Shown here piece after piece: positions 49,328 through 61,383 of a DNA stretch of 64,000 nucleotides; the first letter of the stretch is position 1; the number at the start of each line of letters is the position of its first letter. A program made the translations under genes and the position numbers. Under the pieces are notes generated by a model. It was not told the origin of the DNA. It made no database searches and was given only the letters and a program-made list of their open reading frames with translations. Source of the DNA: Dudresnaya verticillata. Taxonomy: Eukaryota. The stretch is taken from NCBI GenBank assembly GCA_977862235.1, contig OZ374560.1:1922001-1986000 (forward strand), in the 5' to 3' direction.

Positions 49328-49672
49328 CGTCCCTGCACTGCACTTGAGCTACACGGCGGCTGGGGGCTTGTGACCAGCACGTGAGCGGGCGGTGGCCGGC
49401 GGGCTGAGCAGGTGGAGTGAACGGCCAGCTGGAGCGAACGGCCAGCTGGAGGGAGGGTAGGACGCCGTTGCGATGCCCGAGAGGAGTGGGGGGCGATGGG
49501 CAATGATGGGGAGAGTCGATGGGTGATGATGGGGAGGGGCGATGGGCGATGATGAGGAACCCGATGATCTCGACACCATCGACAGCCACAGCGCGGGTAA
49601 ACATTTCGATTTGAAAATCTTACCTGTTATTCACCTTTGTCATAATGTAACGTTACTTGCCACCCTGTCCGC

Positions 49673-49904
49673 GACGCCGAGCGCCGACCTAGCGCGCAGG
49701 GAGGAGACTGGTAAGGGGGCCAATGAGAAGGTGCCAAGTAATATGGAGGTGGAGACCGATGGCAATAACGAATTTCTATTGGTGGAGAGGTGGGTGGGGA
49801 CCGATGCGCCGTTGGCCCAGCCAGAGGGGTGAAGACCGGCGCTGAGGACCAATCAGATGCCACAACGTCTCACCCCTCTGACCCAGGGTGAGACGGTACC
49901 CCCC
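49673..49904 (-). repeat. Right TIR of the MULE; probable terminus GGGGGGTACC at 49904
   Basis: 49673-49831 pairs with the left TIR. The extension repeats the CACCCCTCTG motif and ends in a G-rich terminus (inferred). Confidence 0.7.
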
Positions 49905-50242
49905 TCGATAATTGTATATTTCCGGTATTTGCATGATAGATCCGTCTCCCACCACGGGAGCCTTCAAAGTTTAACCAAAAATCAGCCTCTATTCAAACTC
50001 GCTATTTGCATAGCCCATTCTCGATCGCAGGTAGTGCAGAATGAGCCAGACAGAGGGATCAATGAGATATATGCCCTGCATGGCGCGCTGCAGTGTTGCA
50101 GATTTCTAACAGAGGACAAACCGCGCGCTTTTCAGGCTAGTTAGTTGCCGGCCACATCGCAACCCATTTTAAACGGTGGGAGTCAGGCAGGACAGCTTAC
50201 AACAGGCCCCTGCACCCAAGGTCGAACTAGACGAACGAAGAA

Positions 50243-51014
50243 TGTAGTATAGCTGTCAGCACACTATCAGCAGGGACTGTAAGGCATACTGGCCGCCCCG
50301 CACTGTAATGGTGCGCACGATGACGCCCGCTGGCGAGTCGTAATTGGGCAGCGAGCCGCTAGCTTCTTCTTTGATTTTAGCAGCTGTCGACCGCATTGCT
50401 GCCGGCAGCGGCCGCGCGCCGTGCCGCACACGGCGCGCCTCAGTGACGCTCTCTGGTATCGAGCCTGAGAGGGCCGCTGCCCGTTACGACCTGCGCGCGC
50501 CCACGGGTAACCGCTACCCGGGCGTGTCGACACGTGTATGGGCGCGCGCTCGCACACCTCCCGCGTTGGTGTTGTGGAGCGCACCTACTGTAGAATAGCC
50601 GTAGTGTACACAGCGTAGGGTATTTAAGGCCGTCTGCCATCGACGGGTCAGTAATCCGGGCAAGCAACAGCTGGCGCTGAAGCTTGCCCCCAGCCTCTTC
50701 GGGTTCGATCCCTTTGCCTTACGCCAGCGGGCGGTTTCCCTTTTCCCCCTTGCCTCGCTAGGCTTTTCCCCTTTTCTTTTACTTTCCGTCGGTTTCGTGC
50801 CGCCCTTCGACAGGGAAGCTGGGATCCGGCCGCTGCCTACCCGCGTACGGTACGCCCCGTGCGCGCTCCGGTATCGACGCCGTCGATCCGCACCTGCAGG
50901 GCGTACGCGGCCGACACCGCTCTACCACACAAATAGCTACCCATCGACGGGTCTGTGTGGCGGCTTCGAACCAGCGCGTATTAGACGTCGGATAGACCCG
51001 ACGTCTATACTACA
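50243..51014 (+). repeat. 5' LTR of F (772 bp)
   Basis: TGTAGTATAG...CTATACTACA; inverted homologue at 60593-61367. Confidence 0.93.
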
Positions 51015-51015
51015 C

Positions 51016-51033
51016 TGGTCTCACGACCTAGAA
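51016..51033 (+). promoter_or_regulatory. PBS of F
   Basis: TGGTCTCACGACCTAGAA, one mismatch to the PBS of A, B and C. Confidence 0.85.
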
Positions 51034-51073
51034 ATCGCCGAGAGTCTAGTACTGCGCTCGATCGAAGTAAAGG

Positions 51074-54000
51074 ATGTCGAGTCCTCCTGATCCGGCCGCT
51101 GCCGATTCGGCCGCTGCCGGAAAAGTTGAGGACGCGACGCGTCGCACCTCAATACTGAGTACCATCGGCGTCTCAGGTACTCCTCTACAGGGCGTGAGGC
51201 TCGAGCGGAGGGCCACGCTGCAAAAGGCCCTCGCCGGGAATCTGGTCTCGGTGGCCGACCTCCAGCTCCTGTATGAGGAGACCATGGACTCGCTAGCCGA
51301 GGTGTACGATCCCCTTGCAGCTTCGATAGCTACAGCGAGGGCTGACGGCCAGCAAGACCTGAACACGCTTCGACGCGGTCCTTTGGAGTCCATCGAGGGC
51401 GGAATAACCCGGTCACAGGGGCTCCTCGATGAGCTACGCCGCCGCGTTGAGTTGATAGAGCGCGCGCCGACGCGGCAACGCCAGCGGGCTACGGGCCCGT
51501 CGTCGGCGCAGCGCTCTCCTCTGCGGCCGCAGTCACCAGCAGGTGCAGTTCGAGAATTGGGCCGCTGCCACACTTGTCGAGCAACGAGCTCGGCATCGCT
51601 TTCCTTCACCACCGCCATCTCCACCGAGGAACGCGGTAGGGCCGCACCATCCGAGTGGGGACCCCAATCCGTTTCACGGAGTCGACCTCAGGTTGCTCAG
51701 ACCGGCCCTCGAGGGGCAAAAGACAATGGGGGACGGAGCCCCCCGAAGGACGAGAGGCCCCGTCTTTGTCTATTGGCACTGGGGCACACTCATGCCAGGC
51801 ATCGAGACGTTAACCACGTTGGTTCCAGAATTCGCTAAAGCGATTGACTACTGCTCTTACCGTCTCGATGGCGTAAATCAGCGGGAGAATCAACAGCAGG
51901 TGAGCAGCCGCAACACTGCGAAGATTGTCAGCCGCATGAAGGCCCTAATGCCCCGGCCCGACCGGTTCGTCGGTGTGGCATAGCTGTAAGACCAGCTGTT
52001 CCACGCACGCGCAGCTGTAAGAGCAGCTGCGCCACGTGTGCACCGCTGTGCGCACGCTCTCAGCCGGTGGCGCTGAAGCCCCGCTGAACTGTAAGGAAGT
52101 GTGCTGTGGCGCGCGCGTGTACGTGTACGCGTGTGACACAAAAACTCCCATGTAATTTCTACGTCTATTTTTGTGTAGTGTACAGCACTGTCTAGTGTAA
52201 GCAGCGGTCGAACGCCCTGCTGCCCGCGCACCGTGCGTACGCACTCCGGCGTAGAGCCGTTGAGTGCGTGACACGCGCGCGCGTACTCCGGCGTCGAGTC
52301 GTTGAGTACGTGTGGACCGTTTCGCCCACACGCACCCCCGGTTTACCGTTACCTGTTCGCGTCGACGCGTTTCGGAGCGCGCCCGCGCACCTCCCGGATT
52401 GGTACCGCCCCCAGGCCCTGTAGTCTATTTAGTAGTCGCCCCTCTGGGGTTGAGTAAACAAGGCAAGCCAGCCTACGCCAGGCTTGCCCCTTTCTGCTTT
52501 GGGTTTCTTTCCCAGTCCTTCGCCCTACGGCTTCCCTCTTTCCCTAGCCGCCTAGGCTTTCCTCTTCTTTTCGCTACGTTCGGCTTCGTGCTGCCCCACG
52601 ACGGGGACGCAGGGACCCGGCCGCTCCCGCCCGCGTACGGTCCGCCCCGTGCGCGCTCAGGCTTCGACGCCGTTGATCCGCGACCGTCGACGGCGCGGGC
52701 GGCTGACCCCACCACTCTACCACCACCGCTACCACCCTTCGACGGGTCTGGGTGCGACTACGAGAGCAGCCGCGCTAGACGTCAGTTCGACCTGAAGTCT
52801 ATACCACAGACGGCAAGGAGCCGATTCGCCTGCTTGGCGTGCTTCGACAGCTACGCCAAGCATTCAATGGCGTTGGACTATCCGAAGGCGCAGCTGCGCG
52901 TGTGGTGTCCTGGTTCCTCGATGGAACCAGGTCGCAGGTTTACTTGAGTCACCTGTTCTCTGGGGTTCGCACGACGCAGCGCGGCACCCCACCCTGTTGC
53001 GACTCGGTGGCCAATACCCTCTTCGAGAGGTTCGTCACTGACGACGTCATCGCAGACGCCCATGACCGGCTGACCACCGCCAAGCAGAAGGACACCGAGT
53101 CCGAGCTTGACTTCGCCACTCGCCTCGAAAGGTATGCGGAAGCCTGCGCTGGCGTGTACGCCGATGAGAACTTGACGCATCAGTTCCTTCGGGGCCTACT
53201 GCCCACTATAAGACCCGCAGTGGCGGAGAAAGTCCGGCAGCTGTCCATGGTCGAACAGACCAATTTTAGTACCGTTCGTCGGATTGCCCATAGAGAGGGC
53301 ACAACCAACCGTGCCCGTTCGGCAAAGGCAGCGCAGCCTACGAACACCTCGGGGCGCGGCAGGTCAGGTGGCGGTTCGGCAAGCGGCCGTACACTGCTCA
53401 TCGAGGCTGCACCAAGCTATCCCAGCGGGGACGTTGCTATCGACAGCACAATGCTGGTGGACCCCGACACCGACGGGTTCGAACCCGTGATGGTCGCACC
53501 CGCACTATCGACAGCCGGGTCGGCCGGAGCCGTCGAGACCGTAGAAATCACAGGACGCATCGTCGCGGTCCTACCCAAACGCATACCACCGCTCACTCCA
53601 ACACAGGAGGCGATGGCACGCGCAGTCATTTCTGCTCGACAGGGATGGTACATCTGCGGGTTCTGCCGTGAGGTCGGGCACATCATGTACTCGTGCCTGT
53701 ACCTCACGAAGGAACAGCAGACGTACTGCGCGTATGCGAACTGTAACCATCGAATGGAAACGCAGCCGCATTCGCGCAATATGCTCCAACAGCTCATCGA
53801 CGAGCGTGCGCCAGCGGGCGCAAGTACAAGGAACCCCGCACGGCGCTACTTTTCGCCGTGGGATGGGGATCGACGCGATAGGTCCCCCGCAGCGCATGGG
53901 CGCACCAAGGTACCGCGGAGAGCCACAGGGGTACCGCGGGGATCGCCGAGACCCCCGCCGCGAGTACCGCCCAGGCGACGCACCGCGGTTCCTCCTGCGC

Positions 54001-54332
54001 GATAAGCGGGTCGGCTTCCACGAGCCCGCTGGGTGTCAACCTCAGGTGTCGACGCCTCCGAGGGCCGACCCGCACCGCGAACTACTCCGAGCAGTTATGA
54101 CGGTGCAGGAGCACACCGGTCTCACCGCGGACGAGTGGCTTCCGCAAGCGCTCGACGATCGGCACAAGGGAGAGACAGCCAGCGGGCAGGAAAGCGATTT
54201 ACCTCTTCTTTTTGACACGCCTCCGCGATCAAATCGAGGCGCCTCAGGGGCTACGAAACACCCAATAGGAACCGAGCACGAAAGGGCGGATTCCGAGGAC
54301 AATTCTGACCGGGTCGATCCGGAAAAGAATAA
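51074..54332 (+). pseudogene. gag: Gag of F, split by a solo LTR
   Basis: DLQLLYEETMDSL; PDRF|DGKEPIR rejoins across the insertion; CGFCREVGHIMYSC. Confidence 0.9.
51974..52808 (+). repeat. Solo LTR, C family
   Basis: TGTGGCATAG...CTATACCACA; TSD GTCGG/GACGG (one mismatch). Confidence 0.94.
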
Positions 54333-57296
54333 AGGCGGCGCCGCTTGTGCGGTCGCGCGCACCGTCTTGTCCAACACCAGACCCACCATCCCTTTCACCT
54401 TCGACGGCTTTGGGGGCAGCTAAATCCCACGTCGAGCGCAGCGGCGCTTCGAAGGACGCGACTGACGTCCCGGTCGACGGGACGTCGAGGGCGACGCGTC
54501 CCAAACCACCGTGGCGGTCGCGGCATCGATACAAGCGTCACGCCAGGCGGAAAGGGCGCAGCTCAGCGGTAGCTGGAGAGGCGGTACGCGAGGCTCGACG
54601 CGAGGGTACCGGGGATCCATAATTCGACAAAGAGCCGGCCACTACCCCCGATGGGTACGTGTGCCTCCTGTTCTCGGAGATTTACTGAGTGTCCGGGTCC
54701 CTCGGTGCGGACCCGCGGGTTATGATACCCCACACCATACGCGGTGGACACCGGCTCCGGGTACAACCTCATCACTCGAGGTGCCCTGCCCGCAGGCTGG
54801 AAATAAAACGCGTCAGAGATCGACTCCGCGCCACGCCTGGCAGGCGCCGACAACTCCGCTGAGGCTGTCCAGCGTCGACCACCTCTCGATGAGGTTGGGG
54901 AACACGACGTTACGCGTGCCTTTCATCCTTGCCGACACGCTTGCGGTTGACATGCTCATCGGTACGCAGTTTATCCACGCACACGTGCGGGGGATCGACG
55001 TCGAGTCGAGAAGGCTGACGCTGAGGGAAGGAGGCTCGGTGTCCATCCTCAGCCACAGAAACCCTAGCGAGAGAAACGGTCCAGCAACGAAGCCGAAGAA
55101 CCCATCGAAGGGTTTGTCGAAGAAGCACCAGCGGGAGCTCCAGGACTGGGATCACGATACCCACACCATACGCCTCGCTAGGGAGGTGGTTGTCCCAGCA
55201 ACTCGCAGAGGCTCGTCTCGGTGACGTCGGGGGCCAGTGGGTTGATCCACACGGAGCCCAAACCCTCGTTGCAGTTCCGTCACGGCGTGAGACTGACCAA
55301 CGGGGTGCACGACATCGGGTCGGGGCGACCCTTCGGGGTTATCTTGGGCAACTGGACGGACAAAGCCCGGACCCTACCGAAGGGTATCGTGGTTGGCTAT
55401 GCGGTCCGCAAACCAGTCGCCCTGATAACCCCGGACCGCGACGTTGCGGAAGAGTTCGGGAGGGTGATGAATATCACCACCCTTCCCCCCAAAGGGCAGT
55501 GGCCCAGGGGTAAGGGGAGCAATGACCCCCCAGCCACGCCGTCGATCGCAAGGGGACCCGAGCCCACAAAGCGCCAAGGAGCAGCAACCGCAGCGGCGGA
55601 GATAGGAGAGTCCGTCGAGGACTGGGAGTCGCAGGCGGACCTTTCGTCTATCGAAGACAAGGTCACCCCCGAATAAGTCCTCGCCATGCTTCGGAAGCAT
55701 CAGTCCATGTGGGACGGCAGGCTGGGCACGATTGCCGCTACGCAACACCACATCGACGCGGAACCCGGCACGCGGCCGATTCGCTCAATGCCCTATCGAC
55801 AGGCTCCCTATGCGGAAGCTCGTACAGAACGAGGTAGGGTATTTGAACCCGCCCCGTCGGAGTGGGCATCGCCACTCATTCTGGCGCCCAAGAAGGATGG
55901 CACGCTCAGGTTTTGTGTGGACTATCGACGTCTCAACACCAAAACCCTGAGCGATGCGTACCCACTCCCACGCATGGATGACTGTATCGGCAGTCTTGGC
56001 CACGCTGCCATATTCTCCACGCTGGATTGCAACGCGGGATACTGGCAGATCCCTGTCGCAGCGGCTGACAGGGATAAGACCACGTTCACGACGTCCCTAG
56101 GGACGTTCCGCTACCTGCGGATGCCCTTCGGACTGAAGAACGCCCCTGCGACTTTCCAGCGTGGACTGGACATCACACTCAGCGGAGTTAGATGGCAGTG
56201 TTGTTTCATCTATCTCGATGATTTGATCATATTCTCGCCGTCGATCGCGGAGCACGTTGGTCACCTAGACTGCGTGCTGACTCTGCTTCGAAAGGGCGGC
56301 GTGTACCTGAAGCTGAAGAAGTGCCACTTCTTCCAGTCCCGCGTGGCCTACCTCGGTCACGTGATCGAGCAGGGGAAACTACGCATGGCGAAGACAAGCA
56401 TCGACGCGTTCCGCCATGCGCAGTTCCCGACCTCCCTAACGAAGGTGAGGTCGTTCCTCGGGGCGTGTAACGTTTACCGCCGCTTCGTCAGGAACTTCGC
56501 GAAGATCGCGCGTCCGCTGACGGATATGACCCGCAAGGATGCGGGTGTGGATTTCGATAATCCAAGCGCAGCGGCGCTAGAGGCATTCGAGACGCTGCGA
56601 GCGACACTCTTATCGCCTCCTATCCTACGACTCCCTTGCGAGGGCAAACCGTACGTCCTCGACACGGACGCATCGGCGTACCAGCTCGGATGCGCCCTGC
56701 TCCAGGAGCAAGAGGACGGCCAGTTACACCCCGTTGGGTACTGGTCTTACTCACTAAGCTCAGCGGAGCGAAACTACTCGGCCACGGAGCGCGAGTGCTT
56801 TGCAGTGGTGTGGTCGATCACAACCCTGCGTCCCTATATCGAAGGGACCCGGTTCACGGTACGAACCGACCATGACGCCTTGCGCTGGCTCATGTCTTTG
56901 ACCGATTCGTCCGGTCGCCTCACCCGCTGGCGGTTACGACTCGCGGAATTCGACTTCCAGATCGAGTACCGCCCGGGTAGGGTACACCAGGTGCCGGACG
57001 CGCTGTCCCGCCTGGTGAGGCCTCGACGGCAGCAAGAGGAGGTTGACGACGACGTCCCTACCTATGACCCCCCGGCGGTCGACCGCCAGAAGGAGGGTGC
57101 CTCGAGTACCGAACCCAAGGCACCGTCGGTATTGCTGACCACGCGGTCCCAAGCCAACGCGTCGACGCGGAAGGCGCCGGATCGACCGGCCGCAGTGGAC
57201 GGCACTGGCAGCGAAGCCAAGGAGCCCTCGGACAGCGACGAGCCACCGGGGCTTGCCGACGATGAAGCCTGGGACAACTGCGACGACGTCGACCTT
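54320..57296 (+). pseudogene. pol: Pol of F: PR, dUTPase-like, RT, RNase H
   Basis: VDTGSG (frameshifted); RFCVDYRRLN, YLDDL, DTDAS, TDHDAL, VPDALSR. Confidence 0.95.
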
Positions 57297-57299
57297 GGC

Positions 57300-60230
57300 C
57301 GCATCGACGCGGGTCATCTCCATCTGCTAGATCGGCGGCTTGCGACAGATTGTACCGAGGCCGTACAGTTCCCTCCATAGAATCGTTCGCCGTACTTCGG
57401 TGGGCACCCAAAATACTTGAAAACACAGTTCCTCCGGCGCCCGGGGGACCGAAACGTGCCCAAGGGAGAGCGTGCGGCCCCATCCTGTGTTGGAAGTGTC
57501 GGAATGCTGCGTGATTTCCGGTAACGGGGGATGCATGGGCCTTCCAGTGAATCTCAGAGTCGTCCACCATCGCAGGTCTCGGACGACCTGTAGGGAGAGG
57601 CTTACGCGAAGTTGCTAGCCTACCCGATTCCGAGTCCCGTTCAGACTCTCGTACTGGGACCAATTGTAAAAACGAGCGAGGGGTACTGCTACGTGTAGAG
57701 CAGTTGTCATGCCTAGTTTTGCATAGACGTCAGGTCAAACTTACGTCTAGCTGAGCTGGTCGGGTCCCGCCCAGACCTGTAGACGGGCGGTGGTTGCTTG
57801 TGGTAGTAGAGTGGTGGTGTCGACCGCGCGCGCCGTCAACGGTCGTGGATCTACGGCGCCGAAGCCTGCGCGCGCACGGGGCGGACCGTACGCGGGCGGC
57901 AGCGGATCCCTGTGCCCCCGTCGTGTGGCGGCACGAAGCCGACGGTCGGAAAGGAAAGGGAAAGCCTAGAAGACTGGAGGAAAGGGGAAGCCGTAGGGCG
58001 AAAGACTGGGAAAGAATCCCAAAGCAGAAAGGGGAAAGCCTGGCGTATGCTGGCTTGCATTCTTTACTCTAGCCCAGAGTGGCCACTACTAAATAGACTA
58101 CAGTGCCCGCGGCGGCACCAACCCGGGAGATTCGCCGGTGCGCCCCGATACGCGTCTACGCGTATGGGTAACGGTAACCCGGAACCACGCGTGGGCGAAA
58201 AGGTCCACATGTATTCAACGGCTCGACGCCGGAGTGCGCGCATGCGTGTCACGCACTCAACGACTCTACGCCGGAGTGCGTGCGCCCTGCGCGCGGGACA
58301 GCAGGGCGTTCGACCGTCGCTTACACTATTCGGTACTGTACACTACACAAAAATAAACGTAGAATTTACACGGGAGTGTCAGTGTCACACGCGTACACGC
58401 GTACGCACGGGCACCACAGCGCACTTCCTTACAGTTCAGCGGGGCTTTGGCGCCACCGGCTGACAGCGTGCGCACAGCGGTGCACACGTGGAACAGCTGT
58501 TCTTACAGCTGCACGGGCACAGCAGAGCTGGGCTTACAGCTATGCCACACCTAGAAACTTGGAAAGCCGTTTTGTGGTGACCCAACGATGACTGTAGCGG
58601 ACCTTGTTCAAAATTGATTTGCGTTGGCGCGCGTGCTCGCTTGTTTGGACTCCGAAACATAAAGCGCCATAAGCTCTGTGTCGAAAATAAACCCAAGGTG
58701 GCGAGCACAGGTATCCCCGGGTCCCCAATAGCCCTTCTACTGGTTCTTGGTTATACCCAGAGCTCGTAGAAGAATGTCTATGGGCCGCGAGGCCTTGATG
58801 CAGTCCGGCTCCGTTGCGTGTTTCTCAGAAGCTTGCCAGGGGACCATTAGAACGTCGTCGATATAAGCAAGTACTAGAAAGCCCCAGAGACGGAAGCATC
58901 GGATGACCGGGGCAAGGAACGAGGTAAACCAATATGATTCTGGTCCCCTTCCAAACGGCATAGCGAAGCATTTGTAGTAGCTGCCATTGTAAGAGAAGAC
59001 AAAGTCGTCCAACGTATCCTGGTGTAAGCGAAGGTGACGGCACCATGATTTGATGTGAGAGGATATCATGCGATCGTTTCTCAGTAGCATTCTGCAGAAG
59101 GATTCGGCACCTTCCATGCGAGTCGGATGCTTGCGGTAGAACTTCACGTGACGATTGAGACAGATGACGAATCAGCCCTTTTCTGCGCCTTCCTTCTCCC
59201 ACCAGACAGTAAGTGCGGAAGAAATGAGTCGGGCGCCTTGACGGACTCTAGCCAAGTCTTCGTCGGTCATCCGCCAATAGAAGTTGTTTTCGTACATTAA
59301 GCCGCCCTTCTGTAGTTATGCTTCCCCAAATTGAAGTGGCCGATAATCTTGTGGAATCGCTGGCATCTCCAGCAGCCCAACAATACGATGAACTGGCATG
59401 TCTCGAATTCCATCCTTCATTGCGGAGAGCATCTCCGGAGATGGGTGGATTTTCGTTCTCCAATGGCACTCCGCAAGGGCCACGAGATCGTAGAACGATG
59501 CCACGCGTCTCTCGGTCTTGTCACAAAATGTTTTTGCCATGCCTTTCTCCCAGCATTACCAGACAGTGCTGCGCCTCCAACGGCGGCTCTGGGTTCCTGC
59601 TTGGTGCTTTCGCTGGCCAAGAACTTGCGGAAGTCTGAGTGCAAGTCGATAGCCCACTAGAGAAGGCATCAGAATACACACCCATGTTTGTGGCTTCAAA
59701 TGCTTCTGCGAGGAATTTGGCGACAGATACGCCACTGTCAACGACCTGGGCAAAGTAGTCGTATCGTGTGAGCTGAATCTAATCGCCGACCCGTTTGAAA
59801 GCCCAGGAAAGACCCAGTAACACGGCATGTTCAATAGATGTTTCTTCTTCATTGGTTAAGGACTACGTCTTAGCTGTTTCCGATATAGCATGCCACATGT
59901 CGGCAGCGTTCAGGTACTGAAATTCGGGTTTTGCTGCACCCGGTAGTGACTGAGCAAACCTCGTCTGGAAGTCGTTCTCACAATTGAAGAAGCCAGAGCA
60001 ACGGCGCCCCAGCCTTGTGAGTAGGAACGGATATTCGCACATACCATTTGCGATCCGCCGCTCGTGCGATTCCAGAGCTTTGGAATAACATCCGAGTAAA
60101 GTGTCGTCCAAACTAGAAAGAGACCTCTTCGCGAAAGCATCCCTGTACCTTTTTCCACCTCTGCAGCCTTCTTGAGAAACTGGTCAAGAGAAAGCGACAT
60201 CACGTTGCGTCATAAGGCTAGAAACACAAA
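57300..60230 (-). mobile_element. DIRS/tyrosine-recombinase-class retroelement remnant (gag-like, RT, RNase H); recombinase not present
   Basis: FAMPFG..P..YWFT..L..AYIDDVL, HLGFIFDT.LM, DLRWW, SDTSNTGWG..W...E..I.WREL follow the DIRS RT/RH pattern, not Gypsy or Copia. Confidence 0.8.
57717..58549 (-). repeat. Solo LTR, C family (more diverged)
   Basis: TTTTGCATAG (for TGTGGCATAG)...CTATGCCACA; TSD CCTAG. Confidence 0.94.
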
Positions 60231-60481
60231 GGTGGGCGTATGAAATTTAGGCGAGTCGGTGATTTTCCTGCGAAGCAAAAAGACCTACCTTTCCTCGCAG
60301 CCTGCACCAAGGGGCGACACTATATGGCACTGCGCCCGCTGCTCCTGGAGCATACCGATAGAGGGTCGGTTGCGGTGGAACAATGGCTTGTACCGGTATC
60401 ACAAAGGCTTGTAGTGTCCCCCTTTAAGGCGGAGCTGCGTTTCAGCTCCCAATGCCCAAATCCGTTTTCACCGATGATATC

Positions 60482-60592
60482 TGTAGTATAGCTGTCAGTC
60501 CATCAGCAGCGGCTGTAAGGCATACTGGCATTCCCACACTGTAATGGTGCGCACGACGACGCCCGCTGGCGAGTCGTAATTGGGCAGCGAGC
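60482..60592 (+). repeat. First 111 bp of an F-family LTR, interrupted by G
   Basis: Matches 50243-50356. Confidence 0.9.
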
Positions 60593-61367
60593 TGTAGTAT
60601 AGACGTCGGGTCGATCCGACGTCTGATACTTGCTGGTCCGAAGCCGCCACACAGACCCGTCGATGGGTAGCTGTTGGGGTTGGTAGAGCGGTGTCGGCCG
60701 CGTGCGCCCCGCAGGTCCGGATCGACGGCGTCGATGCCGGAGCGCGCACGGGGCGTAACGTACGCGGGTAGGCAGCGGCCGGATCCCAGCGTCCCTGTCG
60801 AAGGGCGGCACGAAGCCGACGGAAAGGAAAAGGAAAGGGGAAAGCCTAGCGAGGCAAGGGTAAAAAGGGGAACCGCCCGCTGGCGTAAGGCAAAGGGATC
60901 GAACCCGAAAAGGCTGGGGGCAAGCTTCAGCGCGAGCTGTTGCTTGCCCGGTTTACTGAGCCGTCGATGGCCGACGGTCTTAAATACCCTACACTATGTG
61001 CACTACGACTACTTCTACAGTAGGTGCGCCCCACAACACCAACGCGGGAGGTGTGCGAGCGCGCGCCCATACACGTGTCGACACGTCCGGGTAACGGTTA
61101 CCCGTGGGCGCGCGCGGGGCGTAACGGGCAGCGGCCCTCTCAACGGCTCGATGCCGGAGAGCGTCACAGGGGCGCGCCGTGTGCGGCACGGCGCGCGGCC
61201 GCTGCCGGCAGCAATGCGGTCGACCGCTACCAATTTCAACGAAAAAACTAAGGGCACGCTGCCCAACCACGACTTGCCAGCGGGCGTCATCGTGTGCACC
61301 ATTACAGTGCGGCGCTGCCAGCATACCTTACAGCCGCTGCTGGTAGTGTGCTGACAGCTATACTACA
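60593..61367 (-). repeat. 3' LTR of G (775 bp)
   Basis: Reverse complement of the F LTR, with the same termini. Confidence 0.93.
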
Positions 61368-61383
61368 CGGCCCCCCCCTCAAG
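61368..61383 (-). promoter_or_regulatory. PPT of G
   Basis: Reverse complement CTTGAGGGGGGGGCCG abutting the LTR. Confidence 0.9.

Larger units (their letters stand above)
41032..49904. mobile_element. Mutator/MULE DNA transposon with two convergent coding regions
   Basis: Long inverted repeats enclose a FAR1-like MULE transposase and a Ulp1 domain. No TSD identified. Confidence 0.85.
50243..57296 (+). mobile_element. Element F: Ty3/Gypsy, sister family of C, truncated before integrase
   Basis: LTR, PBS, gag, PR-RT-RH closely similar to C; homology ends at WDNCDDVDL. Confidence 0.93.

Noticed and set aside
41032..49831. CACTA/CMC transposon suggested by CACCC ends
   Set aside because: No 2-3 bp TSD, and the transposase motifs are MULE/FAR1 type.
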